DNA of 64,000 nucleotides from Escherichia coli (GTDB lineage Bacteria; Pseudomonadota; Gammaproteobacteria; Enterobacterales; Enterobacteriaceae): NCBI RefSeq assembly GCF_011045215.1, contig NZ_CP049201.1; one strand, 5' to 3'. Shown piece by piece: positions 45,223 to 64,000 of this stretch (position 1 is its first letter; each line of letters starts with the position of its first letter). The notes under the pieces were generated by a model. It saw only the letters and a program-made list of their open reading frames with translations, ran no database searches and was not told where the DNA came from. The position numbers and the translations under genes were made by a program.

Positions 45223-45939
45223 TTAGAGATTTGCGACGTTATGATAAACTTTTTGTACATCGTCGTCATCTTCAAGGGCATCAACAAGCCCTTCAAAGAT
45301 TTCTAAATCTTCTGGGGAAAGCTCAACTTCAGATTGCGCAATCATTTCTAATTCTGTTGTTGAGAACTCAGTGATTCCAGCTGCTTTTAGAGCCGCGATT
45401 CCTTTATGAAGGTCAGTAGGTTCGGTATAAATAACAATGTTACCTTCTTCTTCAGTCACATCACGAACATCAACTTCAGCTTCAAGTAAAATTTCAAAAA
45501 TATGGTCAGGGTCTGATCCTTTAAATACAATCACACCCGTATTGTCAAACATATAGCTGACAGAACCTGCCGCTCCGATATTGCCGCCTTTTTTATTGAA
45601 AATTGTGCGAACGTTAGCAATCGTACGGTTAACATTTGAAGTCAATGTCTCGGCGATAATCATTGAGCCATTAGGACCAAAGCCTTCATAACGGCCCTGC
45701 ACGAACGTTTCATCTCCGCCGCCTTTGGCTTTATCAATTGCTTTATCAATAACGTGCTTTGGAACTTGTGCCTGCTTTGCACGTTCAATAACGAATTTTA
45801 AAGATGTGTTTAATTCTGGATCGGGTTCACCTTGTTTAGCAGCAGCATAGATTTCTACACCGAATTTTGCATAAATTTTAGACGTTGCACCGTCTTTAGC
45901 CGTTTTTTTAGCAACAATATTGGCCCATTTACGTCCCAC
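45223..45939 (-). CDS. yeeN: YebC/PmpR-family transcriptional regulator YeeN (238 aa)
   Basis: ORF 45223..45939, [44 protein letters not shown]... Confidence 0.9.
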   Translation of the reverse strand: MGRKWANIVAKKTAKDGATSKIYAKFGVEIYAAAKQGEPDPELNTSLKFVIERAKQAQVPKHVIDKAIDKAKGGGDETFVQGRYEGFGPNGSMIIAETLTSNVNRTIANVRTIFNKKGGNIGAAGSVSYMFDNTGVIVFKGSDPDHIFEILLEAEVDVRDVTEEEGNIVIYTEPTDLHKGIAALKAAGITEFSTTELEMIAQSEVELSPEDLEIFEGLVDALEDDDDVQKVYHNVANL

Positions 45940-46281
45940 TGGAATGATCTCCTCGAAAATTTATTTACATTACTGGTAAATCGTTAACATGTGTTAAATC
46001 AGCATATTATATCATAACAGGAAAAATCTCGTCTATTAGAAATAAAAATATTCTAAAGCCATAATCTTATATTTTGTTTTATAAAAACTAATGTTGTTGG
46101 CGGGATTTTTTATAATTGTGTTTTGAAAGCATACTTGCTTTTAATATGTGGAAATCATTAAGACGATAATAAAACACGTATCCGCCCAAGGAAGCAAACA
46201 GCCCACGATTATTGCAGGCTATTTGCCAGGTGTCTTACTTACTCCTTCACATCTATTTCTGATAAGAAGGTTCAGAACTTA

Positions 46282-47736
46282 TTATCGGAACGGCGGCTCA
46301 TTAAAGGTTCGTAATTTACGCGAATGCAGTCGGTCGCCTTCTGCGCGCAGCAAATCGATCGCCCGAATGCCAATTTGCAGATGTTCGGAAATAGCGCCTT
46401 CATAAAAACGGTTAGCCTGGCCGGGAAGTTTAATCTCGCCATGCAACGGTTTATCTGAAACACACAGTAGTGTCCCGTATGGCACGCGGAAACGATATCC
46501 TTGCGCGGCAATGGTTGCACTTTCCATATCAATTGCTACGGCCCGGCTTAAGTTAAAACGAAGTGCAGAAGCTGAGTAACGTAATTCCCAGTTCCTGTCA
46601 TCTGTGGTTACCACAGTACCAGTACGTAGCCGCTGTTTGACTTCCTCACCGGGCCTGCCGCTCACCAGCTTGGTGGCGTCATAAAGCGCACGTTGCACTT
46701 CAGCAATGCTCGGAATAGGAATATCGGGCGGCAGAACCGCATCAAGAACGTGGTCATCGCGTAAATAAGCGTGTGCAAGTACATAATCGCCAATGGCCTG
46801 ACTTTCACGTAATCCGCCACAGTGACCAATCATCAACCAGACATCCGGGCGTAGCACTGCCAGATGATCGCAGATGGTTTTAGCATTTGACGGTCCCACG
46901 CCAATATTCACCAGAGTAATACCCTGACCATTGGCGGTAATTAAATGCCATGCTGGCATCTGATGTTTTTTCCATGCAAGGTCGGAAATGGCTTCTTCTG
47001 GCGCTTCGGTTTCGGCGGTGATCCAGTTCCCGCCAGCACAAGAAAGGGCAATGTAGGGACTATCAGGATCGAGGATCTGGCTGCATCCCCAACGAACGAA
47101 TTCATCCACATAACGTGTGTAGTTGGTAAACAAGACGAACGGCTGAAAATGTTCAACTGGCGTACCGGTATAATGGCGCAACCGCGCGAGGGAAAAATCG
47201 ACGCGGCGTGCATCAAAATGCGATAGCGGGGAGAATTCAGTTGGATGATAAATGCCGTCTGCAGTTTCATCGCCAATTTGCGCCAGTTCTGTTGTCGGGA
47301 AGTAGCGAGTTAACCCAGCGCTCATTGAGCGATCAAGTGTCAATTCAGAGCCATCGATGACATAAGGATAGGGGATTTCATGCTGCGAGGGTTGCACCGA
47401 GATATGCGCACCATAATCCTGATACAGCAACGTAAGTTGTTCATTGAGATACGAACGAAAGAGAGTAGGGCGAGTAATCGTGGTGGTGTAGCTGCCTGCG
47501 TGAGTAAAACGACCAAATGCGCGCGTTTTGGGGGGATTGGTTGTGCTACCGTCCCAGGTTACGGTCAGTGATGGATAGACAAAAAGACCTTGTTTGCGGG
47601 CGTTTTCATCAGGTAATTCGCCACTTGTAATATAGTTGCCAATGGCGTTGCGTAATGCGACTACAGATTGCTCATACAGCGCGTCGAGTTTATCCAGTGC
47701 CTGAGCTGGGGTCAGACCGGAGCCCTTATTATTCAT
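46282..47736 (-). CDS. amn: AMP nucleosidase Amn (484 aa)
   Basis: ORF 46282..47892; ATG at 47736 after AGGAGA gives MNNKGSGLTPAQALDKLDALYEQSVVALRNA... Confidence 0.92.
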   Translation of the reverse strand: MNNKGSGLTPAQALDKLDALYEQSVVALRNAIGNYITSGELPDENARKQGLFVYPSLTVTWDGSTTNPPKTRAFGRFTHAGSYTTTITRPTLFRSYLNEQLTLLYQDYGAHISVQPSQHEIPYPYVIDGSELTLDRSMSAGLTRYFPTTELAQIGDETADGIYHPTEFSPLSHFDARRVDFSLARLRHYTGTPVEHFQPFVLFTNYTRYVDEFVRWGCSQILDPDSPYIALSCAGGNWITAETEAPEEAISDLAWKKHQMPAWHLITANGQGITLVNIGVGPSNAKTICDHLAVLRPDVWLMIGHCGGLRESQAIGDYVLAHAYLRDDHVLDAVLPPDIPIPSIAEVQRALYDATKLVSGRPGEEVKQRLRTGTVVTTDDRNWELRYSASALRFNLSRAVAIDMESATIAAQGYRFRVPYGTLLCVSDKPLHGEIKLPGQANRFYEGAISEHLQIGIRAIDLLRAEGDRLHSRKLRTFNEPPFR

Positions 47737-47837
47737 GTGTGTCTCCTGTTCCATACAATTACCGCACATCCGATAGTATGTCACAGGAATGTGAAACAAA
47801 AGTGTAAGGCGAAGATCGGATGATCTTCGCCAGGCTA

Positions 47838-49154
47838 TCAAGCGCGGTGATTGTCTTTCATCAACAAAGCGGTCATTGCGGAAATCAGACATCCAGCCAG
47901 CAAATAAATGGCGACGCTATGCCAGTTCCCGGCAAAGTAAGTGATGAGCGCAGCGGCAATAAAAGGTGTAAATCCACCGCCAACCACACTGGCGACCTGA
48001 TAACCGACTCCAGCACCACTATAGCGATAACTGGCACCAAACATTTCGGTAAACATCGGTTGTTGCACACACACCACCATGTCATGCGCAATGTTTGCCA
48101 GCATTATGGAGAAGAAAACTATCCAGAAAATAGATTGTGCTTCAAGCGCCATAAAGAAAGGAAATGCGCTCAACGTTCCGATTAACGCACCTGTGATATA
48201 AACCCTGCGGCGACCAAAACGATCGGCAAGCCAGGCAAAACAGGGAATTGTCAGGCAGCTTAATCCACCTACCAGCAAACCAATATTGAGGAAAAGTTCG
48301 CGCGGTAACCCCATATTCTGGGTTGAATAATTAAGTGCAAAGGCAGTAACGATGTACATCGTCAGCAATTCGCACAGTCGTAGCGCAATAATCTTCAGGA
48401 AAGCACCGGGATGTCGTAACAGCGCTTCGATAACCGGGATGCGTTTTTTCGCGGCAGCTTGATAATGTTGCTGTTGTTCAAATTCCGCGGACTCCTCCAT
48501 GCCATTGCGCACCCACAATGCTCCCAGTACCAGTACGATGCTAAACAGGAAAGGAATGCGCCAGCCCCAGCTTAAAAACTGTTCGTCAGTCGTCATCATA
48601 CTGATCAATGAAACCAGTCCGGTTGAAAGCAGTAAACCTACACCGTAGCCAACTTGTACACCGCTACTGTAAAAGGCTTTTTTATTTTTCGGTGCACTTT
48701 CAACGGAAAGCAACGCCGCGCCTCCCCATTCGCCGCCGACGGCAAATCCCTGAATGGCACGCAGTGTCACCAGCAAAATAGGTGCCCACCACCCAATGGT
48801 CGAGAATGAAGGAAGAATACCAATCAAGGCTGTCGCGATGCCCATCATCCAGACGGTCAGCATTAACATGCGCTTACGTCCCAGCCGGTCGCCAAAGTGA
48901 CCGAAAATGACACCGCCGAGCGGACGGAAAAGGAATCCGACGCCAAAGGTGGCAAATGCGGCGAGCGTTCCCATCGCCGGGCTTACTTGCGGGAAAAACT
49001 CGCGATTAAACACCAGTGCGGCGGTGATGCCATAGAGTAAAAAATCATACCAGTCGACGACGGCACCAGCGAAGCTGCCTAACGCAGCTCGTCGGGCGCG
49101 ACTTAACGAAAGCGTCCCTTCATCGGGACGAGTGGAGATGAGCGTGGAGTCCAT
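47838..49154 (-). CDS. shiA: shikimate/dehydroshikimate MFS transporter ShiA (438 aa)
   Basis: ORF 47838..49154; MFS signature GHFGDRLGRKRM. Confidence 0.92.
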   Translation of the reverse strand: MDSTLISTRPDEGTLSLSRARRAALGSFAGAVVDWYDFLLYGITAALVFNREFFPQVSPAMGTLAAFATFGVGFLFRPLGGVIFGHFGDRLGRKRMLMLTVWMMGIATALIGILPSFSTIGWWAPILLVTLRAIQGFAVGGEWGGAALLSVESAPKNKKAFYSSGVQVGYGVGLLLSTGLVSLISMMTTDEQFLSWGWRIPFLFSIVLVLGALWVRNGMEESAEFEQQQHYQAAAKKRIPVIEALLRHPGAFLKIIALRLCELLTMYIVTAFALNYSTQNMGLPRELFLNIGLLVGGLSCLTIPCFAWLADRFGRRRVYITGALIGTLSAFPFFMALEAQSIFWIVFFSIMLANIAHDMVVCVQQPMFTEMFGASYRYSGAGVGYQVASVVGGGFTPFIAAALITYFAGNWHSVAIYLLAGCLISAMTALLMKDNHRA

Positions 49155-49468
49155 AATGATCCTGTTTGTACTGTCTTTTTATAATTAGTATGGAAAAGGT
49201 AACTCACATTGCCGTCGATCTATAAACGAACCTTATGAGACTACCTCGACAGAGCGCATCTGCAAATGATTTTATGGCTGATTAGCGGCAACATGAAAAA
49301 TTCGATGGAAGATGAAAGCGCAGGAGTTGCTGGTGTTGTTTAAGGATTAAGCAGAGGACCCACAGGTTAGAGATATGAAACATAAAAGTCCGCATATGCA
49401 CAAAATGGCACCCTGATGAGTCTGATAGACTGCATTGCATTATAACCAGTAGGGAGGCGAGGTTAGGT

Positions 49469-50521
49469 ATGTTTTTAGCATCATTGTTGAGACGTATTGC
49501 ATTTAGTTACTACGATTATAAAGCTTATAATTTCAATATTGAAAAAACAGACTTTGTTGCCATCCATATTCCCGACCAGATTGGCGATGCTATGGCCATC
49601 TTTCCTGTTATTCGGGCGCTTGAATTGCATAAAATTAAGCATCTTTTAATTGTTACGTCGACAATTAATTTAGAAGTGTTTAATGCACTTAAACTTGAAA
49701 AGACTAAATTAACATTAGTCACAATGACTATGCAGGATCACGCAACATTAAAAGAAATAAAAGATTTAGCAAAGAACATAACACAGCAATACGGTACGCC
49801 GGATCTTTGTATAGAGGCGATGCGTAAAAAGAACCTGAAAACGATGATATTTATCAGTCAGTTGAAAGCAAAAACGAATTTTCAGGTTGTTGGTTTAACC
49901 ATGAAGTGCTACTCCCCTTTGTGCAAGAACGCGTCCCGGATGGATCAGAATCTCCGGGCTCCTGTACCCATGACATGGGCATTTATGATGCGTGAGGCGG
50001 GTTTTCCAGCAGTCAGGCCAATATATGAATTGCCACTAAGTGAGGATGTACTCGATGAGGTGCGCGAGGAAATGCGATCGTTAGGATCTTACATTGCGCT
50101 TAATTTAGAAGGTAGCTCGCAGGAACGTACATTTTCATTATCGATTGCAGAAAATCTAATAGCAAAAATTCAAAGTGAAACAGATATACCAATAGTGATC
50201 GTTCATGGACCAAAAGGGGAAGATAAAGCCAAAGTATTAGTGGATTGTTATAATAATGTCTACCGTTTATCCTTATCACCCTCGATTAAACGTTCAGCAG
50301 CAATCATAAAAGATGCTTATATCGCAATAACTCCTGACACCTCAATATTACATATGGCAAGTGCCTATAATACTCCCGTTGTTGCAATTTATGCTGATTA
50401 CAAAACGCGATGGCCCGCAATGGCCGATGTTTCGGAGTCAGTCGTCGTTGGGCAAAAAATTGACAATATAAGTCTGGATGAATTCGCAAAGGCATTAAAA
50501 AGTGTTTTGGCGAGAATATGA
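49469..50521 (+). CDS. yeeL: YeeL, heptosyltransferase-like GT9-family glycosyltransferase (350 aa), intact
   Basis: Single uninterrupted ORF 49469..50521; conserved position between shiA and yeeJ. Confidence 0.75.
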   Translation: MFLASLLRRIAFSYYDYKAYNFNIEKTDFVAIHIPDQIGDAMAIFPVIRALELHKIKHLLIVTSTINLEVFNALKLEKTKLTLVTMTMQDHATLKEIKDLAKNITQQYGTPDLCIEAMRKKNLKTMIFISQLKAKTNFQVVGLTMKCYSPLCKNASRMDQNLRAPVPMTWAFMMREAGFPAVRPIYELPLSEDVLDEVREEMRSLGSYIALNLEGSSQERTFSLSIAENLIAKIQSETDIPIVIVHGPKGEDKAKVLVDCYNNVYRLSLSPSIKRSAAIIKDAYIAITPDTSILHMASAYNTPVVAIYADYKTRWPAMADVSESVVVGQKIDNISLDEFAKALKSVLARI

Positions 50522-50733
50522 GACAGTACTTATGCATAGTAATGCCGATCTGTTATGAACGGTGGTGTCATCAATACTCTGAGGCTGGTCAATCATCACA
50601 GAAAACCAGCCTTTGGATCAAAGCTGTACTCACCGGATACGATCATAGTCACATCGAACGCGATTCTTGCGGTGCAGCAGTTTTATTTATTCATTTTCTG
50701 TGAGAGAAGGGCAAGCTCTATAGAGGGAATGTA

Positions 50734-50763
50734 AAAAAGAGTGCTCCGAATGGAGCACTCTTT
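50734..50763. terminator. bidirectional terminator between yeeL and yeeJ
   Basis: AAGAGTGCTCC-gaat-GGAGCACTCTT with T-runs on both strands. Confidence 0.75.
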
Positions 50764-50782
50764 AAGAAATTATAACGGAAAA

Positions 50783-57859
<7,077 letters not shown>

Positions 57860-58169
57860 GCTTACCTTCCCTGAACGAGCTAACATAAATGCGCCCTTTC
57901 TAGCACAGCGAAAAAATGTAAATCCTGATAGCAATATGATTGAAAATTAATAACTTTTCGTTAGGCAGTTTTGGGTGTGAGTTGCAAGAGGGGAGACTAC
58001 TGAATTACTCAAGTTTTATAATCGAGGGGAAAATGGTGATGGCGCCATAGCAAAACGCCCTCAACCATAAAGGTCGAGGGCGCTTAAGATGTCAAAACCC
58101 GCTATCCGTTGAAAAACAATGCTCAATTAAGGTCAGTGACATTGCGCTAAGAAGCGAATTTTTAGAATT

Positions 58170-58245
58170 TGGCTCCTCTGACTGGACTCGAACCAGTGAC
58201 ATACGGATTAACAGTCCGCCGTTCTACCGACTGAACTACAGAGGA
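58170..58245 (-). tRNA. asnT: tRNA-Asn(GUU)
   Basis: Fourth identical tRNA-Asn copy; shares the flank CGTGTGAACGGGGCGCATATTA with asnV. Confidence 0.95.
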
Positions 58246-58345
58246 ATCGTGTGAACGGGGCGCATATTACTTAGCGGTACCTTGTCTGTCAACACTAAAT
58301 TTCATAAGTCATTTCAATTGGTTAATTAATCTGCAAAGTTGTTAA

Positions 58346-59143
58346 TTAATGAACATTCGTCGCCGAAAACGAGTCTGTATCATTAGTGCGATGCAGTCTC
58401 TGCAAAGGATCTTGTTGATAAAATTGGCAGAAACGTTGCCACAATGAAGGGAAACGAGGAGCAAAAAGTTCTGGGGCGCTAAAGAAATATTCAGAAAGTA
58501 CGGCAAAACATTCAGCAGGATCACTGGCAGCATAAGCATCAATGCTCGCCGCATTCTCGCCAACCAATTCGATTTCTTCCTGAATGTTGTTCATTGCAGC
58601 ATGAAGATCGTGTTCCCAGCCAGCAACTTCACGCAACGGAATAAAGGGAACTCCGCTGGCGCGATCGCCGTTACGGGTGTCCAGCTTATGAGCGACTTCA
58701 TGAATAATCAGGTTAAAACCAGAAGCATCAAAAGAATCTTGTATATCCAACCAGTTCAAAACGATAGGCCCTTGCTGCCAGCTCTGACCTGACTGAACAA
58801 TACGTTGGTTATGCACCAGACCGATATCGTCTTCCCATTCATCATCGACCACAAATGGCGCAGGATAAATTAAGACTTCATGAAAACCATCCAGCCATTC
58901 CAGTCCTAACTCCAGAACGGGTAGGCAAAATAGAAGTGCTATCCGGCAGCTTCTTAATGAATCCAGTTCAAAGCCCTGTAAAGGAACAAGCCGCTTTTGC
59001 TGTAAAAAACGTTCGGCAAGAGTGACTAATTTGCTTTGTTCCTGTTTCGTCAGACACGTTAAAAGGGGGATCGATAGTGCTTCCTGCCAGGGAAGGGCAG
59101 TTTGATGTGCTGATTCTTGTACTTTCCAGGGCCACTTAATCAT
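58346..59143 (-). CDS. mtfA: Mlc titration factor MtfA (zinc-dependent peptidase family, 265 aa)
   Basis: ORF 58346..59182; ATG at 59143 gives [24 protein letters not shown]...; HEVAH zinc-binding motif. Confidence 0.92.
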   Translation of the reverse strand: MIKWPWKVQESAHQTALPWQEALSIPLLTCLTKQEQSKLVTLAERFLQQKRLVPLQGFELDSLRSCRIALLFCLPVLELGLEWLDGFHEVLIYPAPFVVDDEWEDDIGLVHNQRIVQSGQSWQQGPIVLNWLDIQDSFDASGFNLIIHEVAHKLDTRNGDRASGVPFIPLREVAGWEHDLHAAMNNIQEEIELVGENAASIDAYAASDPAECFAVLSEYFFSAPELFAPRFPSLWQRFCQFYQQDPLQRLHRTNDTDSFSATNVH

Positions 59144-59236
59144 CGTTTTGCTCGCAAACTCGTCACTTGAACAAAATTGCACGGACAGGGACTGTTAAAA
59201 TGCCAAATTTCCTGGCATCATGGCAACCATCTGAAC

Positions 59237-59326
59237 GGAGAGATGCCGGAGCGGCTGAACGGACCGGTCTCGAAAACCGGAGTAGGGGCAACTCTACCGG
59301 GGGTTCAAATCCCCCTCTCTCCGCCA
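59237..59326 (+). tRNA. serU: tRNA-Ser(CGA)
   Basis: 90-nt sequence GGAGAGATGCCGGAGCGGCTGAACGGACCGGTCTCGAAAACCGG...CTCTCCGCCA with long variable arm and CGA anticodon. Confidence 0.93.
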
Positions 59327-60003
59327 CTTTATCAATGACTTATCTCCCGACTTCCCGCCTTGCTTTTCCTAAACAGAACAATCGTAGAATATTCTTGAAG
59401 GGTTAGATCGTCACTGTTTTCTGTTCGATACTGTGACATTCAGCACTTGATTCGCTATGGATCTGACAGGAAGCTTTCGAGCGAAAATGTGCAGTTATTC
59501 AGTCGTTTTCTTATCGCTCACCATTATTCTTTTAGACATTCATCCTATGAAACTGCCGCAAAGTTGGTGGTGGGAACTGAAGTTGCGTAGAGAAGGGGTC
59601 AATAATTAAGTCAAAAAAGGAACGCGGCCGTCAGATTAAAGCCGCGGGACAAAGTCCATAATTTCCAAGAGTTGTTGAATTTCCCAGCTTTTTTGAAAGC
59701 CTTTGTATCATACTAACAAGTAAAAAAGGTTTAAATACCAAAATTAACCTGTATTTTTGATAAGTCTTACCATTGTACGATTTACACAGTTTCTGCTCCT
59801 CCTTGTTGATAGTGGAAAGGGTGCATTGTGCACTTGCGTAAACATTTATGACGCGTTGATGTCCATGGTTCACATTTCCTTGTCAGGGGATCGACTTATT
59901 TGCGGCGAGGCATCATTCGTAACAGAGTATTATCTTTCTGAATGTAGTGATGAAAGAGTGCTGCGCCAGCGTGAGCTGCGATTAAAAAGTAACCTATATT
60001 TGC

Positions 60004-60426
60004 CTAGGTTTCGTGAATATTTTTTATCAGTGCTTTAATTTCGCTGTTTGGGGTAACAAAGGGAGACACATTGAAACCAAGGAAACTCCACGATTTTCCA
60101 CTGTAAGCCATCAAAGCAATCCCCAGCAGAGGAAGTGCAAGAAAGGTTATATAAAGCATGATGTGCATTAGCGAAGCCGCTTTCATTTGCCAGGCAGGTG
60201 GCGGTGGCACAATAGAAGGATCACTATAACGGTGTTTTATAATCAGGCGTGAAAACATTAACACCCAAACGAATATACCCGCATTGTAATGTGTTTCTCG
60301 CATCAGCAGATAAGTACTACTACCTTTAGGAAACCAGCCACGGAGTTCCATCGCGGCATAGGTTATTGCAACGAAAAGCAGCGTTATCCAATGTAAATAA
60401 ATTTGAGTTTTTGAGAATCGGTTCAT
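60004..60426 (-). pseudogene. yodB: cytochrome b561 homologue YodB, truncated at codon 141 by an in-frame TAG
   Basis: MNRFSKTQIYLHWITLL...IKALIKNIHET then TAG (60004-60006); the next 35 in-frame codons encode ANIGYFLIAAHAGAALFHHYIQKDNTLLRMMPRRK* ending at 59896. Confidence 0.85.
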
Positions 60427-60768
60427 TTTTGTAGCTCCTGTAATTTTTACAGTCAAGCTATCCCACGAACCTTAAAAATTCCTTATACAGATGTGGTTTT
60501 AAGATTTTGTTATTTAAAAAATTGATAGTGCACATTGTAACCAGCCAATATAAGCAATGGCGTGAGCACAGGTATCTTTCTCTGTTGGCCGTATTGTGTA
60601 TGGAATCCGTTATTGGTTAACTCAATGCGGGTTAGCTTATTAATATACAGACACGTCATAGTGATGAGCGTGTCTGTAGCTAGCTTGCGTTCAGTGGCGT
60701 TTGTGGATGGACCAGTGGCAGTTATGATGACTTACTAAAGCGGCATCGAGGCGTTATCATGAGAATAC

Positions 60769-61419
60769 TCAATGAGACATCATTTCCTCGACCACTTCTT
60801 CGCTACTCAACTGATATGGATAATACGTTGGCCAGTTTTCCATTTCATTTAATAAAGATTGCTGTGAATCATTACCCATAAAAATGTGAAAATGAGATGA
60901 TTTTCGTGGTGCAATTATATGATCGCTAAATTGTATATATTTAGGGGCTTTGCTTTCAGGATCTTTACATTCGAATAAGTAACGAACGCCTTTCTTGCCT
61001 GATTTATAGGTGAGTATTTTGTATCCATCGTAATCATATTTACAGGATGTTGTTTCATTATTTCTATGGAATTCAACAATGCCGTCCTCAATGCCAATCA
61101 TCTCGATATCTGTTGCATAACCTTTGTGATAATAATCTTTAATTTCAGCAAATGTTTTAGTTTTATCTGCATCCGCTTTCTTCTGAAAGACGGGGTCAAG
61201 TTTGCCACTTTGCAGTAAAGGATAAACGGATTGCCAGACTCCATCCCAGTCACTGAGCGTTCGGTTTTGTACATTGGCATCATCAAAAACACCATTAGCA
61301 GCTTTTTGTTCGACCTCTGTTAAGGGTTTGCCGTGTGAGTGATGACCATGCGAAAAGGCAGGAGCGCTAACAATAAAGACACCTAAAGCAACAGCCAGTT
61401 TGTGAAGACGAATCGCCAA
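60769..61419 (-). CDS. zinT: periplasmic zinc/cadmium-binding protein ZinT (YodA, 216 aa, TTG start)
   Basis: ORF 60769..61440; TTG at 61419 after GGAGG; His-rich mature N-terminus HGHHSHG. Confidence 0.9.
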   Translation of the reverse strand: MAIRLHKLAVALGVFIVSAPAFSHGHHSHGKPLTEVEQKAANGVFDDANVQNRTLSDWDGVWQSVYPLLQSGKLDPVFQKKADADKTKTFAEIKDYYHKGYATDIEMIGIEDGIVEFHRNNETTSCKYDYDGYKILTYKSGKKGVRYLFECKDPESKAPKYIQFSDHIIAPRKSSHFHIFMGNDSQQSLLNEMENWPTYYPYQLSSEEVVEEMMSH

Positions 61420-61451
61420 AACAGTTTCCTCCAGAGTCATTGTATATGATG

Positions 61452-61474
61452 TGTAATGTTATATTGTAACGTAT
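61452..61474 (-). promoter_or_regulatory. candidate Zur box upstream of zinT
   Basis: GTAATGTTATATTGTAACGTA, AT-rich dyad resembling the Zur consensus GAAATGTTATAnTATAACATTTC, 35-55 bp upstream of the start. Confidence 0.5.
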
Positions 61475-61606
61475 GGCAAAATGCAACAACTCTTAGGAGA
61501 TGAGAGCATAGTTTTCTCAGGTGTACTTATCTATCTTATTGAAATAAAATGAATTATATTGATAATTTGAGGTTGATGACAAACGAAACATAATCTGATG
61601 TGATCT

Positions 61607-61646
61607 GCGTAGGCCGGATAGGGCGCTCGCGCCGCATCCGGCAGGG
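61607..61646. repeat. REP element between zinT and msrQ
   Basis: GTAGGCCGGATAGGGCGCTCGCGCCGCATCCGGCAGG. Confidence 0.65.
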
Positions 61647-61675
61647 ATAACGCGTACTTTGTCGGCAATATGAAG

Positions 61676-62311
61676 TTATACAGATAATTTGTTGTGAACC
61701 TGCTTGCGTAACCGGTTAAAAAGGGAACGCAACTTCTTATACCGTAAGGCTAAAAGCAGTACAGCCAGCCCAGCGTAGATGAGCGGCTGCGGTGAAATAA
61801 TCTTCACTGACCATAGATAATGTATTGGGGCCAGGATCGCGACAAGATAGACGAAATTATGCAACTGTTGCCAGTGCTTGCCGAGTTTTCGCTGCATCGC
61901 CTGGGTTGAAGTAAACGCTAAAGCAAGCAAAATAACCCAGCTGATAATTCCTAACGTTAAATAAGGCCGGGTAATTAACTCCTTGCCTAATAACGCCAGA
62001 TTATTCACGCCCAGCTCCAGCAATGCGTAACTGGTTAAATGCAGTGTCGCCCAGGCAAAGCACCATAAGCCTAACAGGCGGCGAGTGCGTATCAATAACG
62101 GCTGTTTTGCGTAGCGTGCCAGAGGTGTGATTAACAAGGCCGCCAGCAAAAATTTCAGTGCAGTGCGACCGGTAAAATGCTGAATATCTTTCACCGGATC
62201 GGCACCCAGTCCACCGTGATTGATCGCCCAGACCAGCCAGAGAAACGGCAACAATCCGGCAAGATGCAGGCTAACTTTCAGCCATGTCACCTGTTTTGCT
62301 GTCAGACGCAT
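61676..62311 (-). CDS. msrQ: methionine sulfoxide reductase heme-binding subunit MsrQ (YedZ, 211 aa)
   Basis: ORF 61676..62311; six-helix hydrophobic profile; start adjoins the msrP stop. Confidence 0.92.
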   Translation of the reverse strand: MRLTAKQVTWLKVSLHLAGLLPFLWLVWAINHGGLGADPVKDIQHFTGRTALKFLLAALLITPLARYAKQPLLIRTRRLLGLWCFAWATLHLTSYALLELGVNNLALLGKELITRPYLTLGIISWVILLALAFTSTQAMQRKLGKHWQQLHNFVYLVAILAPIHYLWSVKIISPQPLIYAGLAVLLLALRYKKLRSLFNRLRKQVHNKLSV

Positions 62312-63322
<1,011 letters not shown>

Positions 63323-63424
63323 TCACACTTTTTTGTCGTTAGCCAGCAAGAGCCGTTTACTGTTAATCTGTCAGGGAGTGTCCTCCCTAACAGTAGCAGA
63401 GATCTGCTTTTACATATTTATGCA

Positions 63425-63838
63425 TTAACTGCCACGATAGGTTGAATACCCATATTGGCTAAGTAATAAAGGCACATGATAATGCTCGTTCACTTTATTA
63501 ATATGAAATTCAACGGGGATCTCAGGGAAGAAACTTTCAAGATTTTGTTTCTTGAAATAGTCCCCGGTTTTAAATACGACACGGTAATCGCCCGTAGTTG
63601 CAGTTTGCTCGGGCCACAGTGCCTTAATTCGTCCATCCTTATCTGTTTTGGCGGTATTAAGTTGTAACCAGCCGTTGTCCGCTTTCTTTTCAAGAGTGAC
63701 TGTCACGTCGGCAGCGGGTTTTCCGGTTTGCTGGTTCAAAATGTGCACGCTAAGAATGTTTTGTTGTGCGGCATAAACCAAAGAAGGTAATGAAAATGCT
63801 GCCGTTACTACGGAGAGTACTAAATAACGCTTTAACAT
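63425..63838 (-). CDS. hiuH: 5-hydroxyisourate hydrolase HiuH (transthyretin-like, YedX, 137 aa)
   Basis: ORF 63425..63838; signal peptide; C-terminal YRGS motif. Confidence 0.9.
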   Translation of the reverse strand: MLKRYLVLSVVTAAFSLPSLVYAAQQNILSVHILNQQTGKPAADVTVTLEKKADNGWLQLNTAKTDKDGRIKALWPEQTATTGDYRVVFKTGDYFKKQNLESFFPEIPVEFHINKVNEHYHVPLLLSQYGYSTYRGS

Positions 63839-63970
63839 GTTTATATCCTTGTCATGTGAATGAGTTTTGAGGATAGCGAAAAAGCGGCCAGGGTAACCTT
63901 ACAGCAGCATTACAATTTTGTAATGAACCAGGCTGTTTCTATAACATATGATTTATGGCATATTATTTTC

Positions 63971-64000
63971 ATGAAGATTTTACTTATTGAAGATAATCAA
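63971..64000 (+). CDS. hprR: response regulator HprR (YedW), first 10 codons only
   Basis: ATGAAGATTTTACTTATTGAAGATAATCAA = MKILLIEDNQ, a receiver-domain start at the expected position; runs off the window. Confidence 0.6.
   Translation, partial: MKILLIEDNQ

Overview
This window reads as an Escherichia coli chromosomal segment (his operon to msrPQ/hiuH neighbourhood, inverted relative to K-12) with a ~25 kb mosaic, integrase-less genomic island between yeeX and cobU, at the position K-12 gives to the CP4-44 prophage remnant. All calls rest on reading the sequence and recalled protein families; no database search was run. Core genes: hisD(partial)-hisG-hisL with attenuator, yeeZ, yeeY, plaP, yeeE, yeeD, sbcB, dacD, sbmC, yeeA, yeeX, then cobUST, ldtA, nac, cbl, yeeO, yeeN, amn, shiA, yeeL, yeeJ, mtfA, yodB, zinT, msrQP, hiuH and hprR(partial), with four tRNA-Asn and tRNA-Ser(CGA). 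The island (about 11.9-37.0 kb) carries an IS100-like element with a 5-bp target duplication, two degenerate IS110-family transposase genes, a cbtA/cbeA toxin-antitoxin cluster with yeeT, radC-like and antirestriction genes, an IS21-family element cutting a DUF932 gene, a deletion remnant of flu/agn43 that keeps its three-GATC switch, a GTPase, an alpA-linked cassette of unrecognised genes (one split at an A10 tract), an inovirus-Gp2-family gene, two paralogous double zinc-ribbon genes, a decayed ISL3-family element whose outer termini match IS100, ggt and phosphotriesterase-family fragments, and a deleted IS3. No CRISPR array or rRNA was found. The best candidates for something undescribed are the alpA-linked cassette and the zinc-ribbon pair; neither function can be assigned from sequence alone. 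yodB carries an in-frame amber stop, the yefM-yoeB module is absent, and yeeL is intact.
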